DNA of 63,720 bases, the filler included, from Globobulimina sp. (Eukaryota): assembly GCA_003354225.1 (NCBI GenBank). It is 13 parts of 13 records of this genome, joined end to end, with 100 filler letters (N's around TTAATTAATTAA, not from the genome) between each part and the next. Parts side by side here need not be neighbours in the genome. Positions count along the whole stretch, not along the records: positions 9,834 to 14,648 come from PIVH01000905.1; positions 14,749 to 19,563 come from PIVH01000906.1; positions 19,664 to 24,474 come from PIVH01000907.1; 10 more parts are not named here. One strand, 5' to 3'. Below the pieces are notes generated by a model, which was not told the origin of the DNA, did not search any database, and saw only the letters and a program-made list of their open reading frames with translations. Positions 10,714 to 21,565 of this stretch are shown in pieces (positions within the stretch are counted from its first letter, which is position 1; the number at the start of each line of letters is the position of its first letter). The translations under genes and the position numbers were made by a program.

Positions 10714-13700
10714 ATGTCGGATCACGAACTGCCAACCGTGACCACAAAAGATGCTGTATGTCATATTGATTTTGAGTTTCAAATGCCATATCATGAGCCA
10801 TTGACATCTAAAGAATTATTACAAGAATGCATAGCCTCCGCAACAACAGAAGTACTGTCCACAATACGCAATCAAGGACAGACTCTCACCCTCGATATGG
10901 ACAATATAGACATCCCAGAAATAGACTTACGTCCAAACGAACAGACACCGAAACGCATAAAAGTTGGTGGCTGGATAACCTGTCACGACAAGCAACGTAA
11001 AATCTATATGGATGCCTTAGAATTAGCGCACCAATCCAGGAAAATATCCAAACAAATCATCTCCAGAACATCTATAAAACGCACAAAAATACAAATACAA
11101 CAATTCACGACGCGATTCAGCAACACCCATCACGTCAATAAGTCCTTTGTCGATATCACTGAAAAGAATAAAAACCAGTACGAGATATTCAAAAAGCGCT
11201 CCGCTTCCTTGATGTCCAACGCTAGCAATGAGGAAGAAAAAAAAACAAATGATAACAGCAATGATAATAATAATGCTTCACCATCACCACCGGGGACCGC
11301 TTTATTTGAAGACAATACGACTATGATTGTGCACCCTCAGCCTGGCGACCCCATAAATAACAATAATAATAACACCGACGGCGAAGAAGAATATGAAATG
11401 TTGTCAAAACAATCCACAAACGGCACAAATGAGAATGATTCCTCCTTTGTATGTCAATGGCTCAGCTCACGCAATTAATTATATATTATAAATTAAAATA
11501 TTGTATACCTACATACATAATACACAGCAAATGGTGGATGACTTACATGACGCGGATGATGATCAGGTATATAATTATAATGTTATATAAGTTGCGATTT
11601 TGCGTATACAAATATACGATATGCTGTCTTTTCAGAGCTCCAACGAGGAACAGAAATCACTGCACAGCGATGTCGACGATGTAGTGGCTTTGGAAGATTA
11701 TGCATCGGTGACCCCCATCATATCTGCGGCCGTATCTATCGATGTTGATGCCGATGACGATGATGAATTACATAAATTAAAATTAGAAGTACAGCAATTA
11801 AAGGAACAACACGCCGAGGAATTGGACAATTTTCAGAATAAAATCAGTTTATTAAAGAAAGAGCGTGTAATCGACCGCCAACGCAGTCGGATCTCCATGC
11901 AAATCGACGATGAGATCATAAAGAAACAATTCCAGCAACAAACGGATGATAAACTGATGGAATTGGAGATGGAAATGGCAGTGAAGCAAAAAGAACAATC
12001 GCTGAGTTTGCAGCAGTTACAGTTGCGGCATGCCAAAGAAATGCAGAAATTTGACTATAAATTGCGGCAAACGCAGGAATTGCACACCTTGGAAGTGTCC
12101 AACATCCGCTCGCAGCATAAATACCAAACGGAGCAGTTACAGTCGCAAGTACGCGGATTGACGGGTGCTTTGGAGAGGGAATCGCAGAAAGATCGGAAAA
12201 TATTTGCATTGAGTGAGGAGAATGAACAGTTGAAGTTCGATAAGGATAAAATTATCAATAACTATGACGCGGTCATCGACAATCTAAACAATGACAGCGA
12301 GGCCAGCATTAAGCAGGAAATTAATCGTCGGATCAAAGAGAATGCGGCGTTTAAGCGAGAAATCAATGACATTAAACAGAAGATGCAGCGCGAGAATAAC
12401 ATTAAAAACCGACTGGAAACGCAGCTGAAACAGTTACAGAATGAGATTGAGAGCAAAGACAGTGTGATCTCGCAAATGCGAGACATGTTTTTAAAGGAAA
12501 AGAAGAAAGCCAGTATTTTGGAGCGGAAGTTAATGAAAAACAAATCTAAACGGACTGTGTTGAATGACCATAGAAATAAAGAGATACTCAACAACGGCGG
12601 CCATGTTCGCAAATCGTCGAAAACTATGAAAAACGTTATTATCGAAATGGAGAAGAATGCAGAAACTGGCGATGTGATGATCACGTTGGAGAAGACCGAG
12701 GATCCCATCAACATCTTGGCCAATATGAAGGATTTGGAGCTCCCTTCTGACGAATCTGACGATGATTATGATGATAAGGAAGACGACAATGGCGAGGTAA
12801 TGGACGCAGAGCAACATAATCAAGAAATTGCGTTGAAAGAGCAGCAAATCCAAACCTTAAAGTCGAAAATCAGCAATTTGGAGTCTCTGATTTTGACCAT
12901 AAAAGAAGAAAAGAATCAAGAATTGCAAGCCTTGCAACAGAAAATAGGTTCGTTGCAGCAACAGATCGAAATCGCAGACGAGACCTTTTTAAAACAGAAT
13001 GGAATGTTGGAGTTCAAATTGAATAAAAAAGCCAATAACAACAAGAAGCTATTTGACGATCTGCAGGATTTGAAGCGGTCGCACCAAATGGAGAAGCACT
13101 CGTTGCTGGACCAGATCGAGAAGCAGAAGCTGGAAATTCTGGACAATGGGCGGTCTGTCCAGAACCTGGAGCAACATTTGGATATGATGCAGCAGGAAAA
13201 TGCGCGGCTAAAAGAGAACGATGAGATCATCGCCGACTATGAGGAGGAGATGGAAGAGATCGACAAACATTATCAGGACCTCTTGGACGATATGAAAAAG
13301 CAGAATGACGACACTGAGATCCAGTTTAAAGACTTAGTGCAGCAACGCGAGGAAGAAAACGCTGATTTGAAGACTACGGTGCATCGACAAAGTATGTCCA
13401 TCCAAGAGCTGCAGTCATTGCTGAAGCATATGAAGAGTGCGGAGGTGGAGATGGAGGGAAAAGAGCAACGGATTAAGGAGATTATGGCTGAAAAGAAGAG
13501 GCGATCGCCGCCGGAGAAGAAGGTGGAAACAGTGGAGGAAATAGCTGTGGAGAGCACCGATAGTAATTCGCGGGGCCGTGGCAGTGTGGAGCTGAGCGAG
13601 AATGATTTGAGTATTGATGAGTGGCGGGGCCAGGCTCAAGTGGATGCGCCGCAGCCCGATTTGCCCTCTCCTCAGCCGCAGGTACATAGTGATGACAGTG

Positions 13701-14086
13701 AGGCGATGGAGATGGGTGGCATTGATATGGATAATTATATATTACGCGAGGAGATGGATGAGATGCTGTTGGATCGGGAACAGGAATGGAATGAACAAAG
13801 TAAAATGCAGCACGCATTGCAAATTGATACCGTTGAGTCGAAATATAAGCGAAAATATGAAAATATGGAAGAGAAATTGAATGGGGATCTAACTGTGTTG
13901 AGGGAGAAGAATGAGGGATTGGAGAGTGAGTTGAATGGGAATCGGAGTGACATTCAGAGATTGGAGACGCAGCTAAACAATGTGGAGGATGATAAAATTC
14001 AGTTATTGCATTCGTTTATGAGTGAAATGGATCGAATGAGAGATGAAATTCGAAAATTAAATGCTAGGAAACGCAGTGAAAGATAA
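10714..14086 (+). CDS. Large coiled-coil protein (3 exons)
   Basis: Exons 10714-11448, 11528-11566 and 11636-14086. GT-AG introns of 79 and 69 nt keep the frame. E/K/Q/L heptad composition. Confidence 0.75.
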
Positions 14087-14436
14087 CAATGGGTGTATTT
14101 TTTCATTTCATTTCATTTCATATTATTTATTTGTATGTTAATTTTGTGTGTGCTTTTTTTATTTGTTTTTATTGTTTCTCGATCCTTTGAAACGGGTTTT
14201 TTGTTGTCTTGTTGTATTTTCTTTTTATCACATTTTGTTGATATACCACCATCCCTATTTTTTAATGTCATTTTTTTTGTTTTATAATATTTTCATACTC
14301 AGATCAAAGGTATATATTATATTGAAGACATTTGAAGTTTTTTACTGAAGACTGAAGTAAAATAAAAATCAACCAAAAATCAATCACTTTTGCATCCTGT
14401 CGTTAACGCTTAGTCAATAAAAACAGCCCTTTTTAA

Positions 14437-14646
<210 letters not shown>

Positions 14647-14648
14647 TA

Positions 14649-14748
14649 NNNNNNNNNNNNNNNNNNNNNNNNNNNNNNNNNNNNNNNNNNNNTTAATTAA
14701 TTAANNNNNNNNNNNNNNNNNNNNNNNNNNNNNNNNNNNNNNNNNNNN
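14649..14748. other. Artificial contig linker
   Basis: N44-TTAATTAATTAA-N44. Confidence 0.98.
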
Positions 14749-15048
14749 AATTACAACCAATTTATGTATATTCTGTATCCCTGGGACCAGAAGACTGATG
14801 AGAGGATATAGAAGGGAGAAAGTCAAAACGATGTGATCGAGGGGGCAGCCGGTGAGGGGTGGGGGAGCTGCCGAGTTGTACTTTTATGAGTTTTGCCAAA
14901 TCCAACAACAAAAAGCTAAATATGTAAAATAAATATACAACAGTAGCACAACACATAGCAAATCTCCGAGAGTGGTAAGTTTTTTTGTCCAATGTGGAAT
15001 AAATGGAATAAAAAATCAACCACTTTAACAGCTTTGCAATGTGTCCAA

Positions 15049-17571
15049 TTACAAATGCATATTAATATTATAATCCAATTGTTTATTATTTTGATTATTA
15101 TTCAATCCTTGTATTTGTTGCTCCATTCTGTTTTTCACTTTTTTAGCCCGCTCCAATTGTTCCAAAGTAAGTTTATGTTTCTTCGCCATTTCACTATCAA
15201 ACCTCGTAGCAAAATCTGCTCCAATTTTGAAATCATAATGTCGCCATTGACAATTACTTCCATTCAAACATGACAAAGTATCTTCACTTCGGAAACGATA
15301 ACAAATCCAATGATAATCCTCCAACGATGCCGGCGCTGCCAAATCAATATTAACCTTCACTTTATTTTTATTTCGCATCGATGGTGGTGGTGGTTTAAAA
15401 TATTTAACATAATTTTTAATATATCTTTTCGTTGTTAATTTCGCTTTAAATATTGGCCCATTATCAATATACTGAATACACTGATAATCAAATAATAATT
15501 TTGCAGCTGAAAATGGAATATTTTTTTTCATTGTTAATACGCATCCCATCGTACTTAAATCATCTATTTGATTCACAAACATATTCCAAAAATATTGACT
15601 CCCATAGGCATACACACTCATTTTATGCATGGATTGCTGAATAATTTCAATTGTGACCATTTGGCATATTTTGTGATTCGCATAGCCAGTGATTTTAATT
15701 TCCAATTCGATAAACGGATCATATGACGCATCCAATCTGCTTGTATTCGTGTTACAATATGTTCTCATTTTTGTATTGAACGCTTGCCAGTTTTTTTCAT
15801 ACACAGTGGGTGAGATTCGTGCATCGCCAAAATCGCCACTAAGTAAGTCACAATCTGTAAAATGCTGGAACCAAACTTGTAAATCATAATAACTTTCAGG
15901 GTCAATCCATATGCCATAATCGAAACAGTCGCTGTGATTACTATGCTGAGCGCCATATATTAATATATTATCCGTATTGATACCCACACTTTTCATATGT
16001 TTTATATTTGCTACACATTGAATGATTTTTGACTGACGGCATTGATGCACGCATCTTTTCACTAATATCGTTGCATTTGTTTCAGGCATAACAGCCAACA
16101 CTATTTTATGTGGCAATGCATTGGTAAACAAAATGGGAATTATTTTGTTATATAACTGCCAGAAATTGCTATGTGTATTTGCAACGACAACGGTCTGTTT
16201 GTTGTACAATCTCAATAAACATTGCTGCAAACAATAATTATGTGCTTCGTGGATTAATGAGCCGATAAATTGCCCCTTATGATAAATATCAAAATAATCA
16301 TCGGCCGCAATCACTGAATGTTGGCCATATCGATAATTTGCATAGGAAGTTTTACCTGAACCCGGAGCTCCAATCATCAGCACCAAACTTGGCTGATTCT
16401 TGATAATATCCGATACATTTTCAATGTGTAGATCTGGTGTGTCATAGTAATTATATTTATTTTCTAATTCTGCTGTGTCTGGAAATGCAAAAATTAAATT
16501 GTAATACACGAATATTGGATCATTTAAATCGATATTACAACACAAAAATATTGATTCTAGCACATGTTTGTAGGGAAAGTATTCGATAAACACATTGTAT
16601 GTACATATCATCCATCTAAATAATACAGCCAAATCATCTGAATTTCGCGATGTTAGATTTTTATTTTGTGGCTGAATATTATTTCTTGCACTTATTGGCG
16701 GTCGACTTGGTTTCCCTTCTTTTTTATTTACATATATTGCATCGTCAGTAATTTTAGTAATATTTACTTTCTTCATACGCTGTTTTTTGATTTTATACCA
16801 TTGCGCCAAATCATTGTTATTCAATACATTGCCATTTTGATAATTTGCTAAATCTAACAATGTATCAAACGACAGACACAAATGTGGCGCCAAATTACCA
16901 CTAAACATGTCAGGAATTATTAAGGTTCTCTCCAATATTTGAAACAATTCGCAGTGAGTACTACTTTCGTGCTCGACACTGCCTTCGTTTCTATATTGTT
17001 CCAGCAGTTGCATAATGGACTCAACTTTGGCAGCATACACTTGGATCTTATTAAATTGTTTGTATTTAACTTTCCAAAACTTGCAATGTTGGAATAATGA
17101 TTTATAATCATAGGTTTTACCAGCATTTGCTATGCCTAATTTAGATGAATGTGCATTAATATTACTATGAGCCGGAAACGGACTGAACAAATCTCTGCAT
17201 TTCGAGTCAGGAAAAGATGGACTACATCGAATCACAGCATTGCGAATTCGCAACGAAGCGTCGGAATATGATACCTGCTCAAAATCTAGCAACAAAACAT
17301 AATTACTTTTACTTATAATTCTGCACCAAATTGCATACCCATTCTCTGAACATCTTTTCTCGCGCTCAAATCTGAATAATTGATGGTCACTCCATGGCCA
17401 CGCTTCTTCTCTTAACTCCAATCTTTGGCTTTGCTCCGCAATCACAGTTAGTACACGGCCATGCAATTGTTTTTGTTTACAGCTAATTGTTCCATAAACT
17501 ATTCCATTCAATGCTAGTTTCGGTGTAAACATCCATGTTTGATTAGCTTTTGGTTTTTTAGTTAAGTACAA
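15049..17571 (-). CDS. Multidomain protein with N4BP2/AAA_33-type P-loop polynucleotide kinase and C-terminal CCCH finger (3' exon of a larger gene)
   Basis: LVLMIGAPGSGKTS..VIAADDYF..LIHEAHNYC..VVVANTH. C-terminal CYRFRSEDTLSCLNGSNCQWRH. No ATG at the ORF start. A frame-consistent intron at 17547-17648 links it to the upstream ankyrin exon. Confidence 0.72.
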   Translation of the reverse strand: MYLTKKPKANQTWMFTPKLALNGIVYGTISCKQKQLHGRVLTVIAEQSQRLELREEAWPWSDHQLFRFEREKRCSENGYAIWCRIISKSNYVLLLDFEQVSYSDASLRIRNAVIRCSPSFPDSKCRDLFSPFPAHSNINAHSSKLGIANAGKTYDYKSLFQHCKFWKVKYKQFNKIQVYAAKVESIMQLLEQYRNEGSVEHESSTHCELFQILERTLIIPDMFSGNLAPHLCLSFDTLLDLANYQNGNVLNNNDLAQWYKIKKQRMKKVNITKITDDAIYVNKKEGKPSRPPISARNNIQPQNKNLTSRNSDDLAVLFRWMICTYNVFIEYFPYKHVLESIFLCCNIDLNDPIFVYYNLIFAFPDTAELENKYNYYDTPDLHIENVSDIIKNQPSLVLMIGAPGSGKTSYANYRYGQHSVIAADDYFDIYHKGQFIGSLIHEAHNYCLQQCLLRLYNKQTVVVANTHSNFWQLYNKIIPILFTNALPHKIVLAVMPETNATILVKRCVHQCRQSKIIQCVANIKHMKSVGINTDNILIYGAQHSNHSDCFDYGIWIDPESYYDLQVWFQHFTDCDLLSGDFGDARISPTVYEKNWQAFNTKMRTYCNTNTSRLDASYDPFIELEIKITGYANHKICQMVTIEIIQQSMHKMSVYAYGSQYFWNMFVNQIDDLSTMGCVLTMKKNIPFSAAKLLFDYQCIQYIDNGPIFKAKLTTKRYIKNYVKYFKPPPPSMRNKNKVKVNIDLAAPASLEDYHWICYRFRSEDTLSCLNGSNCQWRHYDFKIGADFATRFDSEMAKKHKLTLEQLERAKKVKNRMEQQIQGLNNNQNNKQLDYNINMHL

Positions 17572-17648
17572 CTTCAGAAATAAAAAAAAAAACGATTATC
17601 GCAATTAAAAATGCGCGCAAATCGTTATTGTATATATGTAAAATGTAC

Positions 17649-18342
17649 CTGTACTCTTTGCATGATACCACGCATTGATGTAAAATGAACAAATATAATA
17701 ATATACATCCATAACAGTGCCAAAATAACAAGATTCCAATGAAAACATAATCGGAATTGATGTGATAGTTAATACATTGCATAAATACACTCTATCTTCA
17801 TACTGTTGTTTTGATAGAGTTATTTTGTGATTGATTTTTAATTCATCGAATGGAATAAAATGTTGTTTTGTTTTACAAGCAGTGATATAGAATTTTTTAA
17901 TCAATTCATCCAATTGTTTGCTATTTAAATCTTGTGCCAAACCTTCAATTTCTAACTTTTCGTCTGTGGTTTCATTATTTATATTTAATTGTTGCATTAA
18001 ATCCGATGCTGTATGACATCGGACCAATGGAATTATATTCGTTTTTGTTAATAATTGATAAAATCCGGCAATAGCCACTTGATCGATTCTTTCCTGACAA
18101 CCAGATAAGATATCATATTTTGCGCCTAATTTTAACATATATGCAACACAATCATTATGTAACCTATATGCAGCATGATGTATTGCTGTATTTTGCTGAT
18201 GACTTAATAACGAAAATATTTTATCACCAAATAATTGATGTATATATCCAATGCCATCGATCCATCCGGATAACGCAATCTCGCGTACGATGCCTTGCAA
18301 TGTATCTTTATTTTGGTCGGCATTTAAATCGACATTACAGAC
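17649..18342 (-). CDS. Ankyrin-repeat exon, probably part of the same gene as 15049-17571
   Basis: NTAIHHAAYRLHNDCVAYMLKLGA. Acceptor TTTTTTCAAG ends at 18343, donor GTACAT at 17648. Confidence 0.6.
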
Positions 18343-18380
18343 CTTGAAAAAAGTAAAAACATTAATTCAAAAAACTTAGT

Positions 18381-18950
18381 TCAAGTTAGTGTAATGACAC
18401 AGCAACAGTATGCTGTCAGAAAAATGATGCTGTTGAGATTATGTGCCACACATTTGTCAATCTGGAATATTTGTAATGAGAGTGGCTCGGTTTGTTTTGT
18501 ATGAAAACATTTCATTTGTAACTTAACTATAGCACAGGGCATAAATTTTGATTTAAATCGATGAATATTTTTTCTATTAAATGAATCATGAACAAATGCA
18601 TGAAACCATTCCATCCAATCTTCAATATTCCCGGTACGTGAGGACCAAATCCGTTCATCATAATCATTTTTCATCAAAATTGATTTCTCTCCATATCTTA
18701 TTACAACATTTACATTCTCTTTATTGTTTAAATAAAATTCATACGCTCCATATTTGCGTATTTCACGGATATCTTGTGATTGGGCAATCCATTCTGATAA
18801 TTTACTATTTTTATGTTGAATGATAGGGATTCTATTTGGTTGCTTTTGGTAACCTGTTACATCCACACTGGCCACAGATTCAATGTGTAAATGTTCTTGT
18901 TCTCCCAGGTTGAGTGCCATTATTTGATTGAGAAAAACAGTTTTGCTCAA
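18381..18950 (-). CDS. Hypothetical coding exon, possibly the 5' part of the ANK-kinase gene
   Basis: 189-codon ORF on the same strand ending just before the 18343 acceptor. Donor not clearly identified. Confidence 0.45.
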   Translation of the reverse strand: MSKTVFLNQIMALNLGEQEHLHIESVASVDVTGYQKQPNRIPIIQHKNSKLSEWIAQSQDIREIRKYGAYEFYLNNKENVNVVIRYGEKSILMKNDYDERIWSSRTGNIEDWMEWFHAFVHDSFNRKNIHRFKSKFMPCAIVKLQMKCFHTKQTEPLSLQIFQIDKCVAHNLNSIIFLTAYCCCVITLT

Positions 18951-19032
18951 GTTTAAAATCTCACATCATTGTAATTAAAGGCCGAGGCTGAGAGAAAGCA
19001 CATGTTTGCTGAATTATTCTATCTGATTTCAA

Positions 19033-19563
19033 CTAAGCCTGAACAATACTTTTAAACATTTTCCAATTACAAGAAACACTCAATACAGACATTGGAAGAT
19101 ATTTGCCCTGTAATTGTGGCAATGTTTGATAATAACATCGTGATTTAATACCACATGAACCACCAATACGGGAATAAACAACGTTAACCTTTGCATATTG
19201 TTTAAATTGTTGAATATCGTCAGAAAACCATTCAACGCCTTTCTCATTTTTCTTCCATCGCATGCTTAACCAATACGAGCCACCCACATCGTTCCTATCA
19301 TGTATTACTTGATGCAATTTCTTGCTTTGTTTCTTTGCGATTAACATCGATTCATTCCATATTCTTTCATGTTTATTATCTGATTGATAATTTAGTAAAA
19401 TGTTTTTGTGATCGTCAATCCAGTCACTTTTATTTGTAAAATCAACGGGGACATCATCTGACATTAAATACCATTCTGATGTATAATAACAATCCTCTTT
19501 ATCATCAAATGTATTCTCACATTTTTGCAAATATTTTAATATCCATTCTTTTGATTTTGTATA
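19033..19563 (-). CDS. Hypothetical protein C-terminal fragment
   Basis: 165+ codons, entering from near the contig edge. No motif recognised. Confidence 0.45.
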   Translation of the reverse strand, partial: YTKSKEWILKYLQKCENTFDDKEDCYYTSEWYLMSDDVPVDFTNKSDWIDDHKNILLNYQSDNKHERIWNESMLIAKKQSKKLHQVIHDRNDVGGSYWLSMRWKKNEKGVEWFSDDIQQFKQYAKVNVVYSRIGGSCGIKSRCYYQTLPQLQGKYLPMSVLSVSCNWKMFKSIVQA

Positions 19564-19663
19564 NNNNNNNNNNNNNNNNNNNNNNNNNNNNNNNNNNNNN
19601 NNNNNNNTTAATTAATTAANNNNNNNNNNNNNNNNNNNNNNNNNNNNNNNNNNNNNNNNNNNN
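19564..19663. other. Artificial contig linker
   Basis: N44-TTAATTAATTAA-N44. Confidence 0.98.
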
Positions 19664-19892
19664 ATTTAATGGCAGTGATCGCTTTACTTAAGTTTTTTCT
19701 CTAACAATTCACAAATCATTAAAAGACAATAAGTTTCGAGTTATTGCAATTAAGGACACCTAGGTCCTAGCTCCAAATTTATACTATTGCGCAATATAAG
19801 AACAACCCCTTACAAATACAATAAGAAAATTGAAAAGATTAATAAAATACAAAATATTATAATAATTATTAAAATGTCATAAAAAAGAACAA

Positions 19893-21448
19893 TCAGAAAG
19901 AACCAAGAGATACGTTATCATCGCATCCTTTTCCAAATAGAATGGTAAATGTGTTTTGACTTATTGGTGTTATCGGAGAATTTGGACTAACTTGATCTAT
20001 TATTTTCGAATCAGCAGCAATACTGTTTGGACTATTCGCAGGAACATCTAAATTCTCATTAATGTGAAGAAATGGTACCATTTTAGTATTGGTTGAATTA
20101 TTTTGGGTTGGTGACAAAGCCGGATTGTTACACATTGAGTCACAACTTACATTGATATTATCTTTAGATTCGACATAATTGACAAACATTGAATCATTGA
20201 TATCATCACAGTTTTGTGCATTTAAAACACTCGCTATAGACACTTCCAACCGTTTTTCGAAAGTTTCAGTACATTCGCTTGCTTTATTATTGTTCTCCGA
20301 ATGTTCTTGCTTGGAATCAACAACGTAAACAATACCGCATGCTGACATATCAATTTTCATCTTGCGATGTTTTTTTGTTTTTGTATCATTATTTTGCATT
20401 TCGTTAGTTTGCATTTCTGGTGTTCGCGGTGAATAGACGCGGAGTGCTGTATTTGGTGATGTTTCATTAATATCATTTTCTTCTTCAACTTGTAAATAAT
20501 CATTTGGATCAGGTTCATGATCTAAATCATCTCCATTGCTGTGAATAGTCGCTGTTGGAGTGCGTGTTGTTGTTGCTGTCGCTTTAAAACTGTTACATGA
20601 TTGACTCATTCTGCTGCAATTTTGTTGAAGATGCATGATCTGCAGCTTCATTTCATAGTTTTTTTCATATAATTTACATATTTTATATACGCAAAATCCG
20701 CATCCTGCCAATCCACAAAATAGCAAAAATAAAACTGTTTTTATATTAAATTAAAATAAGATGTATTGTTTACATTTGTTAGGTTTGCTAGGTTTGGTAA
20801 AGAACATACAAATTGATTGAAAACAAAAAAGCTAATAATTAACAAACCATTTATTAGCAGCATGGTACACTCAAAAGTGCTTAAGCCATATATTTTAGCT
20901 TCATTCGTTTTGGTAATTGATTCAGTGGTAATCGGTGTATCTTGAACCAAATGATAAACATTTTTGCATCCACTCCCCGAACATCCACAATTTGAGGATG
21001 AATGGCAAAGTAATACGGAATTTGGGCATGAATCATCTGTTGGGCATAGTAGTCGACATTTGCTATTATTATAACATTCCAGTTTAGATGACATGAATTG
21101 ATTACTATCGCTATTGTTAACAATACAATTTGTTACTCCATGGCAATAAATTTGAAGATTTGAATTGGTTGTATTCGCGGAAAGATTTATGACACATTTA
21201 TCAATATTAATATCCTCATTCCGTTTGGTAATGTTTCCACAATAAATTTGTGAGGAAGAGCAAGAATCATCAGATTCGCAGAAAATTAAAGTATTAATTG
21301 ATTGAGCATAAATTTCTGATCCATAGCAACTTTCTACTTCGTTACAAAGTAGCATACATTCATCATCTCCATCACATGATATTTTCATACTTGCACAAAA
21401 TGATAATGTTACTAACACCATCAACACTATCAACCTAGCAAAAGACAT
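19893..21448 (-). CDS. Type I membrane protein with Cys-rich extracellular repeats
   Basis: Signal peptide MSFARLIVLMVLVTLSFC and repeats like C.....SC.....IYC. Intron 20735-20847 (GTTTGT..CAG) is in frame and yields the TM helix MLLINVLFLLFCGLAGCGFCVY. Low-complexity cytoplasmic tail. Confidence 0.72.
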
Positions 21449-21565
21449 TGTTTTTTCAAAGAAGCAAATATTATGTTTAAAAACAAAAAGTCAAAACTGT
21501 CTAGTAAATATTGACTCAAATCCCAATCCTCCCGTTATCTAAGCGGCCAAAACATCACCACACCA

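Noticed and set aside
14796-14822. CTGATGAG...GAAA as a hammerhead ribozyme core
   Set aside because: No stem II can form between the motifs, and stems I and III are absent.
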